Source: an uncultured bacterium
Lineage (GTDB): Bacteria; Babelota; Babeliae; Babelales; Vermiphilaceae
Direction: 5' to 3'
DNA length: 64,000 nucleotides
Assembly (NCBI GenBank): GCA_963713925.1
Contig: OY970212.1
Coordinates: 992,001-1,056,000, forward strand
Part shown: piece after piece, positions 61,416 through 64,000 of the stretch
Layout: each line of letters starts with the position of its first letter
How positions within the stretch are numbered: position 1 is the first letter of the stretch
Program-made: the position numbers and the translations under genes
Notes under the pieces: generated by a model
The model's input: the letters and a program-made list of their open reading frames with translations, nothing else
Told to the model about the DNA's origin: nothing
Database searches by the model: none

Positions 61416-63358
61416 TTATGAGTCACCCTTCCCTTGAAACTCACATTTAAATGAGTGTTATCTCGAGTCATCCATCCACACTGCTGAACTCCTTGAGGTG
61501 ATAATTGAACATCCCATTCTTTCGGTTCGAATTCATGTCCACGACCACCTAGCGTCCGAGTTTCTCCTTTAACCCAAACATTTTTAAATCGATCTATATA
61601 ACCGGTATCTCCATTATCCATTTTTTTGACGGGAAGCCTTTCTCCAGGCTTCATACCTTTTGGAGGTATATACCGAATTTTACCTTCCGTGGGCAACTCA
61701 GCCTTTTTTATTTGACCTCGTATACTCCGCTTTCCCTCTTTTCTTAACTCTTTTTCAGCCGCCCTTGCTGCCATTCGTAACTGCTTTTTGTTAACCCATG
61801 CAGATTGACCCGATTGTATCGCTCCGCCTGCCAACTGCCCGGATTGTGCTGCTCGCTGCGTAGCACAAAATGATTCATCCACAGCCTTGAACATAACTCC
61901 TTCAGGAGTTGTCATATACATCTGCGGAGTCGCAAATGGATTTTTTTCTATATAGTTAACTGCTTTGGTTTTGACAGTCGAATAGAATTTACCCAACCCA
62001 CCTAAGATCTTGCCCTGCGTTTTGTATTGCACGACAAGCTTAGTTCCTTGCTTAATCGCATCGCGTAGAGAAATTTCATTGTTTGCAAAAGCAGTTCCAA
62101 CTGCGGTAATCACATTCGTAATCGGAGCAACATAATCATCCCATTTTTCTCGACCCGCTTGCGCATCAAACAAGCTCGTAATACCGATATCGGCCAGATT
62201 GGTTGCAATTTTAAGAGCCTGATATGCCATGACATAGTTGCCAATCGTCAAGCTTGCAACCGTTTGCAACGGATTATTGTAAATATCAACAACCGCACCG
62301 ATCGCACCTTCTACAGCTCCCTCAATGACAGCCGAACAACAATCCAAAATCCCCCAACACGCATCGGCAACCGACATTGCTTTTTCGGTTTTGCCCGCTT
62401 TGTTGAGCTCGCGCGCGCCATCTGCAAGATCAATAAGCGCATCCTTATACTCATATGCCGGATGATCATTGGAAAGATGAATCGCCCGATCAACGATATC
62501 TATGCATTCTTGGTGAATTGTTTGTTGTAATGCAGAGCCATAGCAATGTTCATATTCGTATGGTGATTCTTGGTGCTGCCGAAGTTTTTGTTTGACGTCA
62601 TCCGAGAGACAATATTCTTTATGTTCAAAGTGAAGCAATGCCTCATCGGCAAAGATTGCCTGCATGCGTCGCTCAAAACGATCTGATTGCGAGTCACAAT
62701 CGTCATATAAATCTAGCCCATCGTAATAATCATCGATATTTTCATCAAGCTCCCGAGCGTATTCTTGATAGCCCGATTTGATATCGTCTTCATACTTTTT
62801 GCGTGCCTTTTTGTACGCTTCTTCTCGTTCTCGTTTTGATCTGATACTGGAACATTCGCTGGCAATATAATTAAGATGACATAACCCTGTATTGTGCCAG
62901 TTGCCCGGATGGTTATGCTTCTCTTCTAGCTTATCATAGGCCCTGACTAATCGACCCTCATAATCATCGATCGTTTTTAAGAATTCCCGATATTGTGGAA
63001 TTTTGTATAGATCCCATTGATCGAATAGCCATACTTTATTAATGTATTTGCGTGCTACAATTGCTGCTCGACGAAATTCCTTTACCGTCCAGTCTTTGCA
63101 TTTACGCTGATCATATATAAGACTAAACTCTTTCTTGTAGAACATCTCATACAATTGTTTTCTCGTCACTTGCACCTTCGGCGCTAATGGCCAATGATGC
63201 GGCTTCGGCTTAATATGGTCCTTTTGGTGCTCTTGTGGAAACTCTTGCTCTCGATGGTAGACTACGGGCTCAAGATCAATTGGATCTTCTTGTCCACAAA
63301 GTTTTGGTGCGAATGTAGTAATGATGAAAACCAAGAAAAAATGATTCGATGTGATCAT
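61412..63358 (-). CDS. Polymorphic toxin B with Ntox17-like C-terminal domain
   Basis: Signal peptide; LPTEGKIRYIPP, GYIDRFKNVW, EWDVQLS, HLNVS..GRVTH. Confidence 0.82.
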   Translation of the reverse strand: MITSNHFFLVFIITTFAPKLCGQEDPIDLEPVVYHREQEFPQEHQKDHIKPKPHHWPLAPKVQVTRKQLYEMFYKKEFSLIYDQRKCKDWTVKEFRRAAIVARKYINKVWLFDQWDLYKIPQYREFLKTIDDYEGRLVRAYDKLEEKHNHPGNWHNTGLCHLNYIASECSSIRSKREREEAYKKARKKYEDDIKSGYQEYARELDENIDDYYDGLDLYDDCDSQSDRFERRMQAIFADEALLHFEHKEYCLSDDVKQKLRQHQESPYEYEHCYGSALQQTIHQECIDIVDRAIHLSNDHPAYEYKDALIDLADGARELNKAGKTEKAMSVADACWGILDCCSAVIEGAVEGAIGAVVDIYNNPLQTVASLTIGNYVMAYQALKIATNLADIGITSLFDAQAGREKWDDYVAPITNVITAVGTAFANNEISLRDAIKQGTKLVVQYKTQGKILGGLGKFYSTVKTKAVNYIEKNPFATPQMYMTTPEGVMFKAVDESFCATQRAAQSGQLAGGAIQSGQSAWVNKKQLRMAARAAEKELRKEGKRSIRGQIKKAELPTEGKIRYIPPKGMKPGERLPVKKMDNGDTGYIDRFKNVWVKGETRTLGGRGHEFEPKEWDVQLSPQGVQQCGWMTRDNTHLNVSFKGRVTHK

Positions 63359-63524
63359 GTGCATATTCCTTTGCTGAGCAGATATATGTCCCGCAATACT
63401 ACAACATAGCAAATGAAATGTTAACACCCTATCTAAAGGCTTACTCGTACTACTCAGAAAGAGAATAGAAAAGAAATGAAGCCATAAGTATAATTATCCT
63501 GTTTTGCTGAAAGGATAATATACT

Positions 63525-64000
63525 ATGGCCTCTGAAAAAAAACTCTTAGAGCATATTAAAAAAAATAACGATAAAGCTCAAGCTTCCACATTATTAAAAC
63601 ATTGCCTTCTTCATACAATTGATTGTATGAAAGAATACAATGACAATAGTGAATTGAAAGCAATTAACGATTTATTAGACCGCGATGAAAAGAATGATAT
63701 CGGGCCCTTGAATGAGCACGAACAACGAATTCTCCAAGAATATACAAACATATATGAACAAGTGAAAATTTATAAAAAGGTTTGTGGCTTCAAACAATCG
63801 GAAATCACACGATTTGAAGCACTTGGCAATGATGACCCCCAAAAACGGATTGATGGCACATGGGACTTGGTAACGGAAAAAAAGATAGCACTGGAAGGCG
63901 AGTTACATTTCTTGGCAAAAAGATCATCTAAACATTGGCCGTTTGTATCAATGTTTGGAAGTATTATCTGTCCAACAACTAGTCGATATAACCCACGAAT
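63525..64000 (+). CDS. 3'-truncated hypothetical protein
   Basis: AAGGA upstream; MASEKKLLEHIKK... stays open to the window end. Confidence 0.65.
   Translation, partial: MASEKKLLEHIKKNNDKAQASTLLKHCLLHTIDCMKEYNDNSELKAINDLLDRDEKNDIGPLNEHEQRILQEYTNIYEQVKIYKKVCGFKQSEITRFEALGNDDPQKRIDGTWDLVTEKKIALEGELHFLAKRSSKHWPFVSMFGSIICPTTSRYNPR

Noticed and set aside
55639..63427. Integron cassette array or diversity-generating retroelement
   Set aside because: No integrase, reverse transcriptase or attC-like sites; genes overlap directly and the differences are not adenine-specific

Overview
AT-rich bacterial window. By inference it comes from an intracellular parasite of protists such as Dependentiae/TM6 (Babeliae). 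The basis is many orphan signal-peptide proteins, eukaryote-style effector motifs (F-box-like, BC-box-like, J-domain, LRR) and dispersed housekeeping genes. Housekeeping genes include ftsI/ftsL, gltX, transaldolase, three sppA paralogs, rpsU, rbfA, prepilin peptidase, pilin, a degenerate folC, atpB/atpE and cysteine synthase. An accessory block carries PfpI, umuDC, a toxin-first TA pair, DsrE, isochorismatase, oxalate decarboxylase and an SDR. The main highlight is a polymorphic toxin locus at 55.6-63.4 kb. It has two signal-peptide proteins ending in an Ntox17-like predicted RNase domain, one orphan toxin tip, and six translationally coupled genes of one YWKxPED candidate immunity family. Other highlights are a four-hairpin ATP synthase c subunit (E/Q/E/D), a Cache-fused pentameric ligand-gated ion channel homolog, a secreted J-domain paralog trio, a ~143-bp MITE with TTA/TAA target duplications, and a dispersed family of tiny CCC...GGG(A/G)CCC hairpin insertions. 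All family assignments come from motif recognition; no searches were run.
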